Positions 26,937 to 50,768 of a stretch of DNA of 64,000 nt are shown in pieces. The notes below the pieces were generated by a model. The model worked only from the letters and a program-made list of their open reading frames with translations. It made no database searches and was not told where the DNA came from. Source of the stretch: the human T2T-CHM13v2.0 reference genome, Homo sapiens. A program made the position numbers and the translations under genes. Each line of letters starts with the position of its first letter. Positions within the stretch are counted from its first letter, which is position 1. The stretch is taken from NCBI RefSeq assembly GCF_009914755.1, contig NC_060931.1. One strand, written 5' to 3'.

Positions 26937-28813
26937 TAACTGTAAGACTCCCCAAAGACAGGAATAGAAAGACATCTAGAAATAAGTGGCATGTCTGCTT
27001 TTCCACATTCTAGCCCAAGGAGTTAGTTTTAATTTTCTGGAACCATTTATTATGTTTAGAAGGAAGATGATTCATTCACTCAATAAATATTTTTTGAGTA
27101 GCTAGTATGTGACAAGTTTTTTTTCTTTTCCTTTTTTCTTCTTATGGTCTACTGGTCATTTCATATGTGACAAAAATTATGCTTTTTATCAGCTAGACAT
27201 CACTGAGAAAAATAGACATGACCCCAAACCCAAGGAGCTTATTGAAAGACATTTAGCAACTATACTAATAAATTGCAAAAGAGATGTGTTTTAAACAAAA
27301 TGAAAACAGGGTGCTATGAATACACATTAGGGAATCAGGGAGAAACTGTGGGGAAGTGAAATTTAAGATGAGAAAGAAAAGATAAGTAGAACCTACGAAA
27401 AGTAAGTGGAAAAGAGCATTTTGGACATGTGCTAAAAATCATCTGCAAAAATCACGGGTATATTTGAGAAATTAAAAGAAGACCACTGTGGTTGGTGTGG
27501 AAGGAGGGAGAGAATGACTTGAAGTGAGCTTGGAGAAGTGAGCAGGTCTTAAATACACAAAGCCTGTGGCCATGAAAACAGGTCTGACTTTTACTCTGAG
27601 TGCAGTGGAAAGCCTTTGGGGGAATTTAAGCAGAAAGATAACATAATAAGTAATCCAATTCTACATTAAAAATCATCCTGGTGCTATATACTAACTGAAT
27701 TTGTGAGAGGCAGAGGTTGAAAGGAGAAAAACCAGTTAAGCTACTGTAGCATTCTCAGTGATAGAAAATAGCATAAAACTAGTCATTGGAGGAAAGGAGG
27801 GAGATTTGAGTGCTTTCCTTTGGAAACAGCAGAGATTAGCTAAGGGGTAAAAGCAAAGGAAGAAAAAAGATGACTTCAAAGAGTGGAACCCAGGAAATGG
27901 CACTATTGGTAATGGTAAATCAGATCATGTCATTCCTCTGCTCAAAGCGCATGGCTCCCATTTCACTCAGAGTAAAACCCAAAGTCCTTAAGATGGCCTA
28001 AACAGTCCTATAGAATCTGGCCTGTTACCTGTCGAATTTCATCATTTACTTTTCTTCCCCTTATTCCATTCTAGCCATCCTGGCCTCATTCTTCTTCCTT
28101 AAACATGGCCCTGGGGCCTTTGCACTGTTAACCTGTCAAGCTTCTTTCTCAAATGTCACCTCTCCAGTGCCATCTTTCCTGACCACGCTATTTAAATTTG
28201 TAACTGCCCCACACCCATATTCTTGAACCCTTACACTACTTTACTTTTATCTTCTGACATACTATATAATTTACCCAGTTATGCTGTTTGTTGTCTACTT
28301 TCTTTCCTAGAATATAAGCTTCATAAAGGCAGGGAGTTTTTGTCTCTTTTATTCACTGGTACATCCCAAGCACCATGCCTGGCATATATATAGGAAGCAC
28401 TGAATAACCATTCATTAAACACATGGGGAATTTAGCATATGATAAAGGTAACATCTCAAACCAGTGATAAAAAGCTGCTTTGTTCAATAATTGATGTTGG
28501 GATTTCTGGGAAACCATCTGGAAAAAGATAAAGTTGGATCTGTACCTCATACTTCACATCAGAATAGTCTTCAAATGGATCAAATATTTAAATATGAAAA
28601 ATGAAACCACAAAAAGTTATGCAAGAAAAAAATGGGAGAATTCCTTTATAACTTTCACCAAAGAAAAACTTTCTAATCACAGTGATTGATGGGTTCAACT
28701 CATTAAAAACACCAAAAGCGGCCGGGCGCAGTGGCTCACACCTGTAATCCCAGCACTTTGGGAGGCCTAGGTGGGCAGATCACAAGGTCAGGAGATTGAG
28801 ACCATCCTGGCTA

Positions 28814-29116
<303 letters not shown>

Positions 29117-29819
29117 TTACAGTGGTCTCATCTTTCTAATATATAAAATACTTCTCTAAATCAGCAAGAGATTAGGAGTCCAACAGAAAAAGGTACAAAA
29201 GGCCAGGGACAGTGGCTCATGCCTGTAATCCCAGCACTTTGGGAGGCTGAGGCAGGCTGATCACTTGAGGTCAGGAGTTTGAGACAAGTGTGACCAACTT
29301 GGTGCAACTTCATCTCTACCAAAAATACAAAAATTAGCTGGGGGACTAGTGGTGGTGTGCACCTGTAGTCCCAGCTACACAGTAGGCTGAGGTCAGAGGA
29401 TCACTTGAGCCCAGAAGGTGAAGATTGCAGTAAGCCATGTTTGCACTACTGCACTCCAGCCTGGGTGACAGAGTGAGACCCTGTCTCAAAAAAAAAAAAA
29501 GAAAAAAAATTTTAAAGACAGTTCACAGCAAATAAAGTTCAAATGGATCTTAAACACAGGAAAAGTGTTCATCTGTACTGCAAACAAGAGGAAATTTGTG
29601 TTAAAACTAGAGAAAGCTGGATATTTTATCACCAAGCTTGATATTTGCCATGAGTTTGATATTTTCCACAAGTATAACATATTCTGTTGGCAAAGCTGTG
29701 GGGAAACAGACACTCTTACACTGCTGGTGTGAATGTGACAGATTGCATTTTCAGAAAAATGGCCAAAATACCTCCCATCCCAAATGCTTTCTTGCAAGTG
29801 ACTTTGACACTCATCCCAT

Positions 29820-31260
<1,441 letters not shown>

Positions 31261-31274
31261 TTGGTAAACACTCC

Positions 31275-31307
<33 letters not shown>

Positions 31308-31313
31308 AGATGA

Positions 31314-31516
<203 letters not shown>

Positions 31517-31722
31517 TAAATGTTAAAAGCTCAATTAATCACCAAATGAATTCATTCGTGCAATCTTCATCCAGATCAAGAAACAGAACATTACCAGTAT
31601 CCCAGAAGATCCTTCTGTGTGTTCTCTCCTACTCTCTACCTCAAGTGTATTTTTTTTTTAATTATACTTCAAGTTCTGGGGTATGTGTACAGAACGTGCA
31701 AGTTTGTTACAAGGGTATACAT

Positions 31723-34659
<2,937 letters not shown>

Positions 34660-34912
34660 TAGTTTTTTAATCATTTGGATGAAATGAGAGTCATTTTTCC
34701 CGTGCAGCAAACTGTAAACACTTAAACGCAGAAATTATTTCATGTATGTTTTTGTCTTGAAAGATGATAGAAAGGTACTAATTTTTTTAAAAGAAAAGTT
34801 TGACCTGAACAACTCAGAGTCCTGAAGACTATCAGCACAATGGCTTAGATAACCTGGTGCTACACTTTCATTCCCTCCCTTGAGGGTCCCTGTAAGAACC
34901 GTTTTTGCCTGA

Positions 34913-35176
<264 letters not shown>

Positions 35177-35381
35177 TAATCAGTTTTGGAGTCAAAGACC
35201 TTTGTTTTCTGCTCTTTCTCCTCCAATGGAATGTCTTGATTGAGTTTGAGATGAGTGGCTTTATTTTGCTGCCTCTGAAGTCTCCCCTCCAGAGGCTCTA
35301 AAGATTGAAAAGGTTGGGAGTGTGTCTGAGAATTTTGTTCCCAGTACAAACTCCTAAGATGTATGTTACTCCTATGAATAG

Positions 35382-35474
35382 GGTATCAGCTTTGTAAGCC
35401 AGAGGTAATCGCGCAGTTGGAGCTAGAGGAAGAATGGGTGATAGAAAGAGACAGCCTGCTGGATACTCATCCAG
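35382..35474 (+). CDS. ZNF713: ZNF713 KRAB-B exon (YQLCKPEVIAQLELEEEWVIERDSLLDTHP)
   Basis: 93 nt; AATAG| acceptor and CAG|GTAAGT donor; KP.VI.QLE...W KRAB-B motif; keeps frame. Confidence 0.93.
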
Positions 35475-37178
35475 GTAAGTGCACACTCTTGGGCACTGCT
35501 ACTTAATGAGGGAAAACAGCCACTTCTGAACCACTCAGTGGAGTGTTCCAAAAATCTCCCTCTGGGATATAAGGAATACTAAGCCTTTTGAAAAAAATCA
35601 GTTCATATTTTATATTTTTCTGAATTTGAAATGGCTGTCTTATTTTTTCTCATTGAACAGATAATATACACTTATATTGTTTTAAAAATGCACACAAACC
35701 AAAGGTTATTTTGAAGGTATCCATTTAAACACCCATAAATATCTTGATATTACAGATATCCACACAGCACTTTCTTTGTATTTTTTATTTACACATCCCT
35801 TATCAGTATTCTTTAAATCTTTCTTTTCCATGAGAGGTGATCCGAGAAGAAATTTTTTAAAAAGCTTTCTTTTCCATATCAAAAATCTTCTGCCATTTTA
35901 ATCTATTTTTCATCTTTTCTTTTTCCTTTTATCATCAAACTCTTGACACTTGTATACAACCCACAGCCTAATTTCTAATTCTCTTGCTCTCCTTTGTGAT
36001 ATGTCCCCAATTCCTACCTCTACTACTAACATTGTTTTCTTGGAGATTACCACTAATTTCCTTCCAGTCAAATCCAGTGGCTACAAAGCCAGTTAGGATT
36101 GTGTTGACTTTCCCTTCTTGAAATGTTCTTCCACCCTGGCTTGTGATGCACACGATTCTTGTCCCTTCCAGCCTCTCTCTGTATCTCCCTCTGTCCCTTT
36201 CCTGCATTTTCTTTCTCCTTATTCTCCTAAAAATATGTATCCCTATGGACTGGCTGTTCCACTCTGCAGTAAAGTGCTTTTAAGTAGTCCTTCTGTATCA
36301 TTTTCCCATTTCTCCATTTCTAGTCCCAGTATTTCACCCACATTCTCCTGTCAGAATTGAGATTATGGCTGGTCATGGTGGCTCACGCCTGTAATCCTAG
36401 CACTTTAGGAGGCCGAGGCAGATGGATCACCTGAGGTCAGGAGTACGAGACCAGCCTGGCCAACATGGTGAAACCCAGTCTCTACTAAAAATACAAAAAA
36501 TTAGCCAGGCATGCTGGCACTCGCCTGTAGGCCCAGCTACTTGGGAGGCTGAGGCAAGAGAATTGCTTAAACCTGGGAGCGGAGGTTGCAGTGAGCCAAG
36601 ATCGCGCCACTGCACTCCAGCCTGGGTAACAGAGCGAAACTCCATCTCAAAAATAAAAAAACAATTTAGATTATATTTTTGTTTATTAGTGTCATGCTGT
36701 CATTTTACTTAAATATTTCAAAACCTGGATCTGTTGGCTTTATACTCTCTTCTTTAAAGCATTCCCTTAAATATGGGATTTCTTGACCAAAAAAAAAAAA
36801 AATCCCAACCACCTTAGTTTCCTATTTCTGGCATACCACCTACGATGTTCTGCCTGGCTGTTTTAACAAGGAGTGGACTGCTGACTGTACACCAGATGCT
36901 GAGTTAGGTAGTTTCTACTCTGGTCCATGACACCAGGTGAACCTACCCCATCTCTGTGAGTTCCCACTCTGGCTCTTTGCTCTGGTACCTGGCTTCATCG
37001 TTTGGACTTGGTTTTCTGTCATTCAAACTCTTCGGCTTTTTCAAGTTGACTTTGACTTGGCTATCCTTCTTGCTTTTAATGCTCTAAGTGATCTTAGGTA
37101 GAAAACCTTGTTCCTGGCCGGGCACAGTGGCTCACGCCTGTAATCTCAACACTTTGGGAGGCCGAGGCGGGCAGATCA

Positions 37179-37433
<255 letters not shown>

Positions 37434-37880
37434 TTAGCCTCACTGAGATCTCTTAGCCTCACTGAACCAGAATTTTCACCTAACCAGTGCTCACATTCCA
37501 TGAATAGAGTTGGTAATTAAGACATTTTGTCAAGAAGCCTGGGCACCTTCCCTGACAATGCTGGGACATATTTCTACAGCCTTCCACATCCCCAAACCTG
37601 GGGAGTAGGAAACTAAAGGAACAAATTAGAGAACTCCCTTTTCAGGTAAATTTCCAGGGCAGGGACCTACAGCAGAGAGCAGAGCTATTCCTTCCCCCAG
37701 GCACCTATGCTGCCATCTGTAGGACCCACACTATCTCCTATTGTGTCCCTCTACACAGACCCCCAACTCGAAAAAATAACTGCTAATTTAGGAAAACTTC
37801 CAGATTTTGACCGGGCTCAGTGGCTCATGGCTGTAATCCCAGCACTTTGGGAGGCTGAGGTGGACAATCACTTGAGATCA

Positions 37881-38222
<342 letters not shown>

Positions 38223-38693
38223 CTAAGGTGACTGTTTGCATTTCTTCAATATCCTGTGAGACAGAATCAGGGGTTCCCCTGAGAGGATGTAGTAAAACAT
38301 TTCTGTTTGTCAGGAGGCTAAGAGAATGATAGAGCTTATGCAGTCTAATTCTGCACGCCCACTAGGGTACTGCATGCCTCATTGTTATTGACATTTGCTG
38401 GTCCTTATTTATCTAAAATCTTTCTTAAGCTAAGCTGAGACCTGGAAAATACCCAGTAGATTTAGCAGCAAGAAAATTGGCAATTATATTATTGAGAGAA
38501 GTGACAGGGGGATGATTGGAAGAACAGTCAGTTTGTACATTGTTGCATGAACAACGGGGAGGTTTAAAATGAAAAAATTAGAGCTAGCAAGTGTGTAATA
38601 TTCTTATAAGCAGCTAGACTGAGGGCCGGGCACAGTGGCTCATGGCTCATGCCTATAATCCCAGCACTTTGGGAAGCCAAAGCAGATGGATCA

Positions 38694-38945
<252 letters not shown>

Positions 38946-39137
38946 CTAGAGTGAGGAGTGGGAAGGGGAAATAATAAAGAGGATATTAGCAGCCAGAATA
39001 AAAGGTAGTGTCAAAACAGGATTGTTCTAGGCCAGGCTCAGTGGCTCACGCCTAGCACTTTCGGAGACCGTGGAAGGATCCCTTGAGCCCGGGAGTTCAA
39101 GACCAGCCTGGGCAACATAGTGAGACCCCCATCTCTA

Positions 39138-39821
<684 letters not shown>

Positions 39822-42794
39822 TCATGACTTCTGTTTTCTTGGCAAATTAGGAAGCAATTTCCTTTGTTGAGTGTAAGGGAATTGGGAAGGCAGGTAGAGG
39901 ACTCATGGTACATTTGCTGAAGCTTACAAGAGTCAGTGGAAGCTGACCAAAGACGAGCAGAGGCAGCACTGAGCAGTGATGAGGGCCCCCGTGAGACTCT
40001 GCCCCATACAGCTGTGGTTTCTAATTTGCATGAGTATGCTCTTCCTCCTGTTATATTTAACACTGGAAAGGGTTTATAGGACAGGGGTTGAGGGTGTTAG
40101 ATTTTAGGGACTGAAGGAGGAAAACTGTGTGAAACTGTATGAGAGTTAATTCAAGTGATTTGACAAGTCTAGGAAGTGACAGGAAGTAGAATGAGGCCTG
40201 ACGAGGACTTAAAACTAAAAGACCAAGGGAGAGTCAAAGAAATGGAGGTGTAGAAGAGGTCAGAAAGAGACAGAATGTGAGTAAGGCAGGAGAGTGTTAC
40301 AATGAGTTGGAGATTTCTTAACGTGGAGCAGGCAAGGTCCAGAATATGAATGTATTGCCATGTAAGTAGACTGTTGAAGGTGGAACAAAGGTGAAGGCAC
40401 AAACAACTACCAGTTGGATTACAAGATGGAAGAGAAGCACCCATGTAATAGCAACTGAACTGAAAAAAATAAAACACCTAGGAATAAACTTCAACAAGAG
40501 ATATGCAATACCTTCATAGGAGAAACTTTAAACACTTCCGACAGACACAAAAATAAACCTGAATAAATAGACATGCCAAGATGGCAATGTCCCTACTATA
40601 CATGTAATACAATTCCATAAAAAGTGCCTGCAGGCCGGGTGCCAGGGCTCACACCTGTAATCCCAGCACTGTGTGAGACTGAGGCAGGTGGATTACTTGA
40701 GTCCAGGAGTTTGAGACCAGCCTGGGCAACAGGTTGAGAGCCCATTTCTACCAAAAAAAAAAAAAAAAAAAATAGCCAGGTGTGGTAACACACGCCTGTA
40801 GTCCCAGCCACTCAAAAGGCTGAAGCAGGAGGATCAATTGAGCCCTGGATGTCGAGGCTGCAGTGAGCTATGATTGCACCACTGCACACCAGCCTGGGCT
40901 ACAATGTGAGTCCATCTCAAAAATAAAAAACGTGCCTACAAGAGTTTGAGGGGAAAGCTAGGTAAGCTTATCTAAAGTTCATATGGAAAATCCAAAGCAC
41001 AAAAATTATCAAGAAAATTCTGAAAAGGAAAATCGATGAGGGAGATTATTCCTACTAGATATTTAAAATATACAGTAAAATTTCATTAATGAAGTCAGAC
41101 CAACTGAACAGAATAGACAAGTCAGAAGTAAACCCAAATACATGTGGGCATTTAATATAAAGGCATTATTTTAAATAATGGCATCATTTCAAATTAGGAG
41201 GTGAAAAGTGGGAATTGTAGTAAAGTGTTGAGACAACTGGTGCTTTTGAAATGTGCACCTCCTCATATATGGTAGATAGCCATCTGGAGAGAGACAGAAT
41301 TGGATCTATAGCTTACCCCTTGAGCCAAGATAAACTCCAAAGGAAACAGATTTTACACGTAAAACATGAAACTATAAGAGATCTGGAAGAGGCTGGGTGC
41401 AGTGGCGCACACCTGTAGTCCCAGCTACTCAGGAGGCTGAGGCATGAGAACCGCCTGAGCCTGGAAGGTGGAGGTTGCAGTGAACTGAGACTGCGCCACT
41501 GCACTCCAGCCTGGGTGACAGAGCAAGACTCAAAAAAAAAAAACTGGAGAGAGAGACCTGGAAGAAAACATGGGAGACATCTTTTATAACCTTGAAATGG
41601 GGGAGTTTTTTCTGACTATAATTTAAAATCCAGAAGCCATTAAAGAGGAGATTCATATATTCAATACACACAAATCCAAAAATTCTGCATGGTATAAAAT
41701 AATAATTCTGCTTGATGTAAAATAAGTGAAAAGATAACAATGGAGGAAAATATTTTCAACTTAGGTCAAAAGAGCTGATCATCCATGAATATTATAAAAT
41801 GCTCCTCTTAATAAGAGGCCAACAGCCCAATAAAAATAATATGAACAGTTCTTTTTTTTTTGAAATAGAGTCTTGCTCTGTTGCCCAGGCTGGAGTGCAG
41901 TGACACGATCTCCGCTCACTGCAACCTCTGCCTCCCAGGTTATGAACAGTTCTTAAAGGAATCCAGATACATTTAACATATGAAAAAATGTTCAATCTCA
42001 GTCATAATAAGAGAAATACAAATTAAAGCTGCACAAATTATATTTTCTTGCCTACCATATTAGCAAAAGTTGAAAAGTTTGGCAGTATACACCGCTGGGT
42101 CCATGAGGAGGAAAGCATTTTCATACATTACTGGGATCAGGTGAACTGGAAGTCAGCACAAAGATGTCCTAGACCAGTCATGGGGCTTCCTTTCCACATA
42201 CCTTGTTTGGTGTTGTAGGCTCTTTGGATGAAAAATAATGTAGTCTAGAGTAACATGTTTTTGTAAATAAAGTTTTATGGGAACACAACCACACTCATTC
42301 TTTTACATAAGAGGCGGGAGGATTGCTTGAGCTCAGGAGTTCAGGACCATCTTGGGCAACATGAAGAAACCCATAGCCACAAAACACAAAAATTAGCTAA
42401 GCGTGGTGGTGCACACCTGTAGTCCCAGCTATTCGGGAGGCTGAGTGTTGAGCCAAGAGGATCACTTGAGCCTAGGAGGTGGAGGTTGCAGTAAGCCGAG
42501 ATCGTGCTACTCGCCTCCAGCCTGGGCAACAGAGACTGTCTCAAAAATAAAACAACCAAAAAACCATTGTCTGTGGATTCTTTCACCCTGCAACAGCAGA
42601 GCTGAGTGCGACAGAGACCATATGGCCCACAAAACTTAAAATATTTACTATCTGGCCCTTTACAGAAAAAAAACTTGTCAACCTTGCCAAAGCAATAGTT
42701 GTAAATTATTGTTAACCACCACTTTCATTAAAAAATGCATTTTTCTTGCCATCCATAAGATCTATATAATCTATAAAATTGAAATTGAGGCCTA

Positions 42795-43175
<381 letters not shown>

Positions 43176-43303
43176 CTAATTTGAATTAACTACTGAATTA
43201 AAGTCATAACCCACTATAAATTGACGCATTTTTAAATTAATAAGAGAACCAAAAATATGATGATGCTTTACATGTAGAAAGGATTAATATTTTTTCAAAA
43301 AAA

Positions 43304-43475
43304 TTGTTTTCCCCCTTCCCTTTCTCCCTAATTCTCTCCCTCCTTTCCCTCTCTTCTTCTCTCCCTCCTTCTTTCCCTCTCTCCTCTCCCTCCTTCTTTC
43401 CCTCTCTCCTTTCCCTCCTTCTTTCCCTCTCTCCCTTCTTTCTTACTTCCTTGTTTCCTTCCTTCCTGTTTCCTA
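43304..43475 (+). repeat. CT-rich low-complexity (polypyrimidine) tract
   Basis: About 160 nt of almost pure C/T. Confidence 0.9.
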
Positions 43476-44386
43476 AACAATGTAGTTCAAAAGCCATGGA
43501 TGGGCCTGAGCAGGGGAAACATCTGCTTGGCAAGGCATGCCCTGGTGCGGAGGCCCTGCAAGATGTTCTTCAGGTTGCCCAGTGGCATCACAGCATGCTC
43601 ATACTAAGCTAGAGCTTAGGCAATGAATGCCTTGAACTCCAGACTCCTGTGTAGTAGGAGCCTAGAGGACCATACCTCCCTGTGGGTTCAGGAACCAGGT
43701 CCACAGGCTGCAGATTCAGTGCTAAGAGACGTGAGAGGCAGTCTGTAGAGCTCCAGCCAATCATTTCAAACACTCTGGAGTCAAAGTCCACATGCAACAG
43801 AAGCCTTTTGGCTGAAAAGAAAGTGTTCCAGTTGATAGTTTGGTTGAAATAATACATCGGTTTAAAATTAATCTTCTCAATCAGGTATAACTGTAATCAC
43901 ATATACTTTTAATTTTTCCATGTGTAATTTAATCTTAGACCATAGTCATTTGTATATATTTTGTACATCTATTGATCTATTTTCCATAACTTTTTGACTT
44001 GGACTTTTTTTTTTCTCTTAAAAATTTGTGGCCAGGCGTGGTGGCTTACGCCTGTAATTCCAGCACTTTGGGAAGCCAAGGCGGAAGGATCACTTGAGCC
44101 CAGGAATTTGAGACCAGCCTAGGCAATGTAGGGAGACTTCGTCTCTACCAAAAAAAAAAAGGCAGGGTATCGTGGCACGTGCCTGTGGTCCCACCTACTC
44201 TGGAGGCTGAGGCAAAAGGATCACTTGAGCCCAGGAGGTCAAAGCTGATGTGAGCTATGATCACACCACTGCACTCCAGCCTAGGTGACAAAGCAAGACC
44301 CTGTCTCAAAAAAAAAAAAAAAAAAATCTAATATATGTTTGGCCAACTAACTACTCTTGCTGTGCTATTTCTAATAAGAAGCTACA

Positions 44387-44695
<309 letters not shown>

Positions 44696-44834
44696 GAAGC
44701 TACAACCTAAATGTGAATTGGTTAAAAATACTTTGGTACTGACTGGGTGCGGTGGCTCACACCTACAATCCCAGCACTTTGGGAGGTTGAGGAGGGCGAA
44801 TCACAAGGTCAGGAGTTCAAGACCAGCCTGACTA

Positions 44835-45110
<276 letters not shown>

Positions 45111-47550
45111 TCACTCTTGTTGCCCAGGCTGGAGTGCAATGGCACAATCTCGACTCTGCAACCTCCACCTCCTGAGTTCGAGTGATTCTCCTGCCTCAGC
45201 CTCCCGAGTAGCTGGGATTACAGGCATGTGCCACCACGCCTGGCTAATTTTTTGTATTTTTAGTAGAGATGGGGTTTCACTATGTTGGCCAGGCTGATCT
45301 CGAACTCCTGACCTCAGGTGATCCACCCAACTCGGCCTCCCAAAGTGCTTGGGATTACAGGTGTGAGCTACTGTGCCCGGCTTCCTCCTATAATTTTATG
45401 CTTGAATTTACTTATTTGAATGTACTGTATTAAATGAGTAGGAATAGCTTGTTGGCCATGCATAAACTAATTTTTGTTTTGTTTTGTTTTTGTCGTTGTT
45501 GTTTGCGAGACAGGGTCTGGCTCTTGTCACCCAGGCTGAAGTGCAGTGGCACAATCTCAGCTCACGGCAACCTCTGCCTCCCGGGCCCAAGCAGTTCTCC
45601 CACCTCATCCTCTCCAGTAACTGGGACTATAGGTGCGCACCATCACACCCAGATAATTTTTGCATCTTTTTGTAGAGACAGGGTTTTGCCATGTTGCCCA
45701 GGCTGGTCTTGAGCTCCTGGGCTCAAGCATTTGCCCACCTTGGCCTCCCAAAGTGCTGGGATTACAGGCAAGAGCCACCATACCGAGCCTAATTTTTTGT
45801 TAAGGATAATTTAAAAGGGTTGGGGCTACCAGATTTTGTGTGGGTGAACATGATGAAATCAGTGACTTAGGAAGAATAATTTAGTTTTATTATGCTGAAT
45901 AATAAAATGGGAGGAAAGATTGTTGGCAAAGAGACTAGTTAGGATCTCCTTAAAACAGAGGCTCTTAAACTTTTTTTGAATCTTGGACCCCTTTGAAAAT
46001 CTAATGAAAGTTATGGTTCTCGCTCCAGAAAAAAATATATATGTACTTGCGCACAAAACTTCGTGTTCAATTTTAGCAGGTCTACAGATCCCCAGTACCA
46101 CCAAAATATTCACAAAAGAAATAAAACAGCCCATAAATATATGGGGAAATGCTCAAGCTAAACATAATGAAATAAATAAAAATTAAAATGGATGAGGTAC
46201 CATTTTTCACCCATCAAATTGGCAAAATCAAAATGTTATCACATCTTGTATGGGGAATGGTGTGGGTGAAATGAGTTACATTTCACACTGTTAGGTGCAT
46301 TTGGTAGAGCCTTATGTGTGTTTGGTCTCCCAGGCTTAGGTACAGTGGCACAATCATGGCTGACTGCAGCCCCAGCCTCCCTGGGCTGAGGTGGCCCTCT
46401 CACCTCAGCCTCCCTAATAGCTAGGATGGCAAGCACATGCCACCACACCTGGCTGTGTTTTTTGTATTTTTTATAGACAGGATTTCACTTTGTTGTCCAG
46501 GTTGATCTTGAACTCCTGGGCTCAAGCAGTCTGCCTGCCTTGGCCTCCCAAAATGCTAAGATTACAAGTGTGAGCCACTGTGCCCAGCCATGGTAGAGCC
46601 TTTTAAGAGAACAATTTGACAGAATTTATCAAAATGTGTAGTGTGCAAACCCTATGATCTGGCATTGCCTTTTTTTTTTTTTTTTTTTCCTGAGACGGAG
46701 TCTTGCTCTGTTGCCTAGACTGGAGTGCAGTGGCACGATCTTGGCTCACTGCAACCTCCGCCTCCTGGGTTCAAGTGATTCTCCTGTCTCAGCCTCCTGA
46801 GTAGCTGGGATTACAGACATGCACCACCACGCCCAGCTAATCTTTGTATTTTTTTAGTAGAGATGGGGTTTCACCGTGTTGGCCAGGCTGGTCTTGAACT
46901 CCTGACCTCACGATCCGCCCACCTTGACCTCCCAAAGTGCTGGGATTACAGGTGTGAGCCACCGTGCCTGGACTGGCATTGCATATTGTCTGTCATATTG
47001 AAATACTAGCTTAGGTCCATAAGATGTTTGTATAAGGATGTTCATTGCATTATTGTATGAAATAGCAAAGAAAATTGGAAACCTAAAATTTAACAGCAGG
47101 AGAAAAGATTTTTTAAAAGTAGGATATGCCCTTTAAAAAGAATGAAGTAGACCTATATATATATATACTCATTTAGAAAGAATATTGTTAAGTAATGAAA
47201 TTACATGGGCAATACATACATTATCCTGTTTTGGTTTAAAAATAAATTAAAACTATATATGTATAAATACATACACATAGTTACTCATATATACGTGTGT
47301 GTTAGAAGGGACTCTTCCTCCCTGAGAGTTGACAGAAGATACCTGCATATCAAAGTAGGTGTAGGAACCCTCACCCACATCTCCATGAGCATAGGAAATG
47401 GCCTCATGAACCTCATCCCTTGGCCAGCCAGAGCAAGGCTATAAGAAAGATCTAACGGCCAGGCGCGGTGGCTCACGCCTGTAATCCCAGCACTTTGGGA
47501 GGCCGAGGCAGGCGGATCATGAGGTCAGGAGATCGAGACCATCCTGGCTA

Positions 47551-48165
<615 letters not shown>

Positions 48166-49551
48166 TTAAGGGTTGTGCCAAGGTGGAATGGTCAGAATTC
48201 TCCCCACCCAGTTTCCCATGACAGTTCCTGGCAGAATTAGTGATGATACTGCCTTTTACCATCAAGTGTCCCAATTAAGACAATAATTATCTGGTTACCC
48301 AACTTCAAGGGGACCACTCTGGCACCTGTAATATCTGTTCCCTGTGGTTGGAAGGTGAAGACTGATGTGGACCTCATGTCTAAGAATGCTGAAGCTGACC
48401 CACTCAGAAAGTCCAAGACCAGGAAGAGATGACTTAAATGGCCTTTGTGGGTCAGCCAGGAGAAGCTGCTGAGTTGGGATGAGTCTGCATTGCCCCGCTT
48501 TGTTGGGGCAAGGTATCATCGGTGTTTCCTGTGGGTCAGCCAGCATGGTCTTGGATCTTGTCAAGTAGGATGCGTGCCCAAAGTAGAGATATATCTATCT
48601 AGATTATGGAAATGACAAGGGGTGAGGGGGAGGTGTCTAGCAAGAGCCTCCCAAAAGTGGTAAAAGTTCTCCAAAATGAAGCCATTTTAACCATCTGCTA
48701 AGCTGAGTGAAGCCACTCCGCCATACAAAAACGAGCCTTTCTCTCCTCCCTCCACACAGTCCCTAATCCCTAACTCTTGTTAGAAACTAAACTGCAGTGA
48801 GTGGGCTGGGTGCGGTGGCTCATGCTTGTAATCCCAGCACTTGGGGAGGCCAAGGCGGGCGGATTGCCTGAGCTTGGGAATTCGAGACCAGCCTGACCAA
48901 CATGGCAAAACCCTGTCTCTACTAAAAATACAAAAGATTAACCAGGTGTAGTGGTGCATGCCTGTGGTCCCAGCTGCTCAGGAGTCTGAGGCACAAGAAT
49001 CGCTTGAACCCACAAGACAAGAGGTTGCAGGGAGCCAAGAGCACGCCACTGCACTCCAGCCTGGCCACAGAGCAAGACTCTGTCTCCAGATAAAATTAAA
49101 ATTAAAATTAAAATTAAAAAAAACTACAGTGAGTGAGTGAGGGCAGGGGCGAGCAGGGAAGTAGTTAAGCGGGGAAAGAAGCAAGAGAGTAGAGGCAGAG
49201 AGACTCATTGGGAGAGGGTAGAGTCGGGGAGCGGCTCAGGCAGGGAGAAAGATAGAACATGACCCTTTCTGTAACCCATCCAGGGGAAGGGAAAGGAATT
49301 ACTTTGGGGTTCTATTACCCAGGACTGAGCATTTTAATTATTGAGTAGATACTGTGTTTGTGACAATGTAACAGTAGGAACATCTGTTACCTAAGAATTA
49401 AGGGGAGGCTGGCAGCAGTGGCTCACACCTGTAATCCCAGCAACTTTGGGAAGCCAAGGCAGGAGGATTGCTTCAGGCCAAGAGTTCCAGACCAGCCTGG
49501 GAAACGTAGTGAGACCCCGTCTCTAAAAAAAAAAAATCAAAATATTAGTCA

Positions 49552-50043
<492 letters not shown>

Positions 50044-50768
50044 TCATCTAGAAGCAGAGGAAGAATACCTCCACTAAGTAAAGTTTAAAGAAGTTGTGGG
50101 AAACTAAAATGAAATTTAAAAATCATAATCCATAAGTCATGCTTGTCCAAAATATGTTTTTCATATATACCTGTGTGTACATAGGGAAAATCTGACAAGA
50201 CAGGCTCTAAACTATTAACAAGGATTTCCTTTAATGGGTGGGATTCTTTCTTTACACATTCTCACATTATTTGAATACATTTCTATCAGCAAGTATTAGT
50301 TTTATCATTTTAAACAAAAGATAAAAATAGGAAGAAATACTTTTTAAATGAACAAGTAGCTGGCATTACAATCAAGTCATTGGCGTATGAGATTTATAAA
50401 GGCCTGGCCTTAGACCAGCCTTCTCTAATTAATCATTCCCCTGTCTCCCACCACTGATCAGAGACTTTTCCCTGATATGTCTTATTCTCCTGTCCATCTG
50501 CTTTCAAGCATGGATACTCCTGGATGAGCTCTTCTTTCTATGATTACTGCACATGTTTAAAAATTTCCCCCTGCTCCTTGCTTCTTGTGACTTCTCATAA
50601 TCTTTCCCTTTGTGACGTGGCCACATTGAAAAACTTTCAATGCCGTGTATGCCTTGTACACATTACTGTCAGTTTTATTTGGTAATTCGCTGTGCAACAA
50701 TTTCTTTTTCAAATCATAGATAACATGAGAATATTGGAAAGTATTTGTATGTTCTGAATTTCTTTTAG

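Noticed and set aside
43237-43612. E/R/K-rich and S/L/P/F-rich ORFs
   Set aside because: Artefacts of the CT-rich low-complexity tract.
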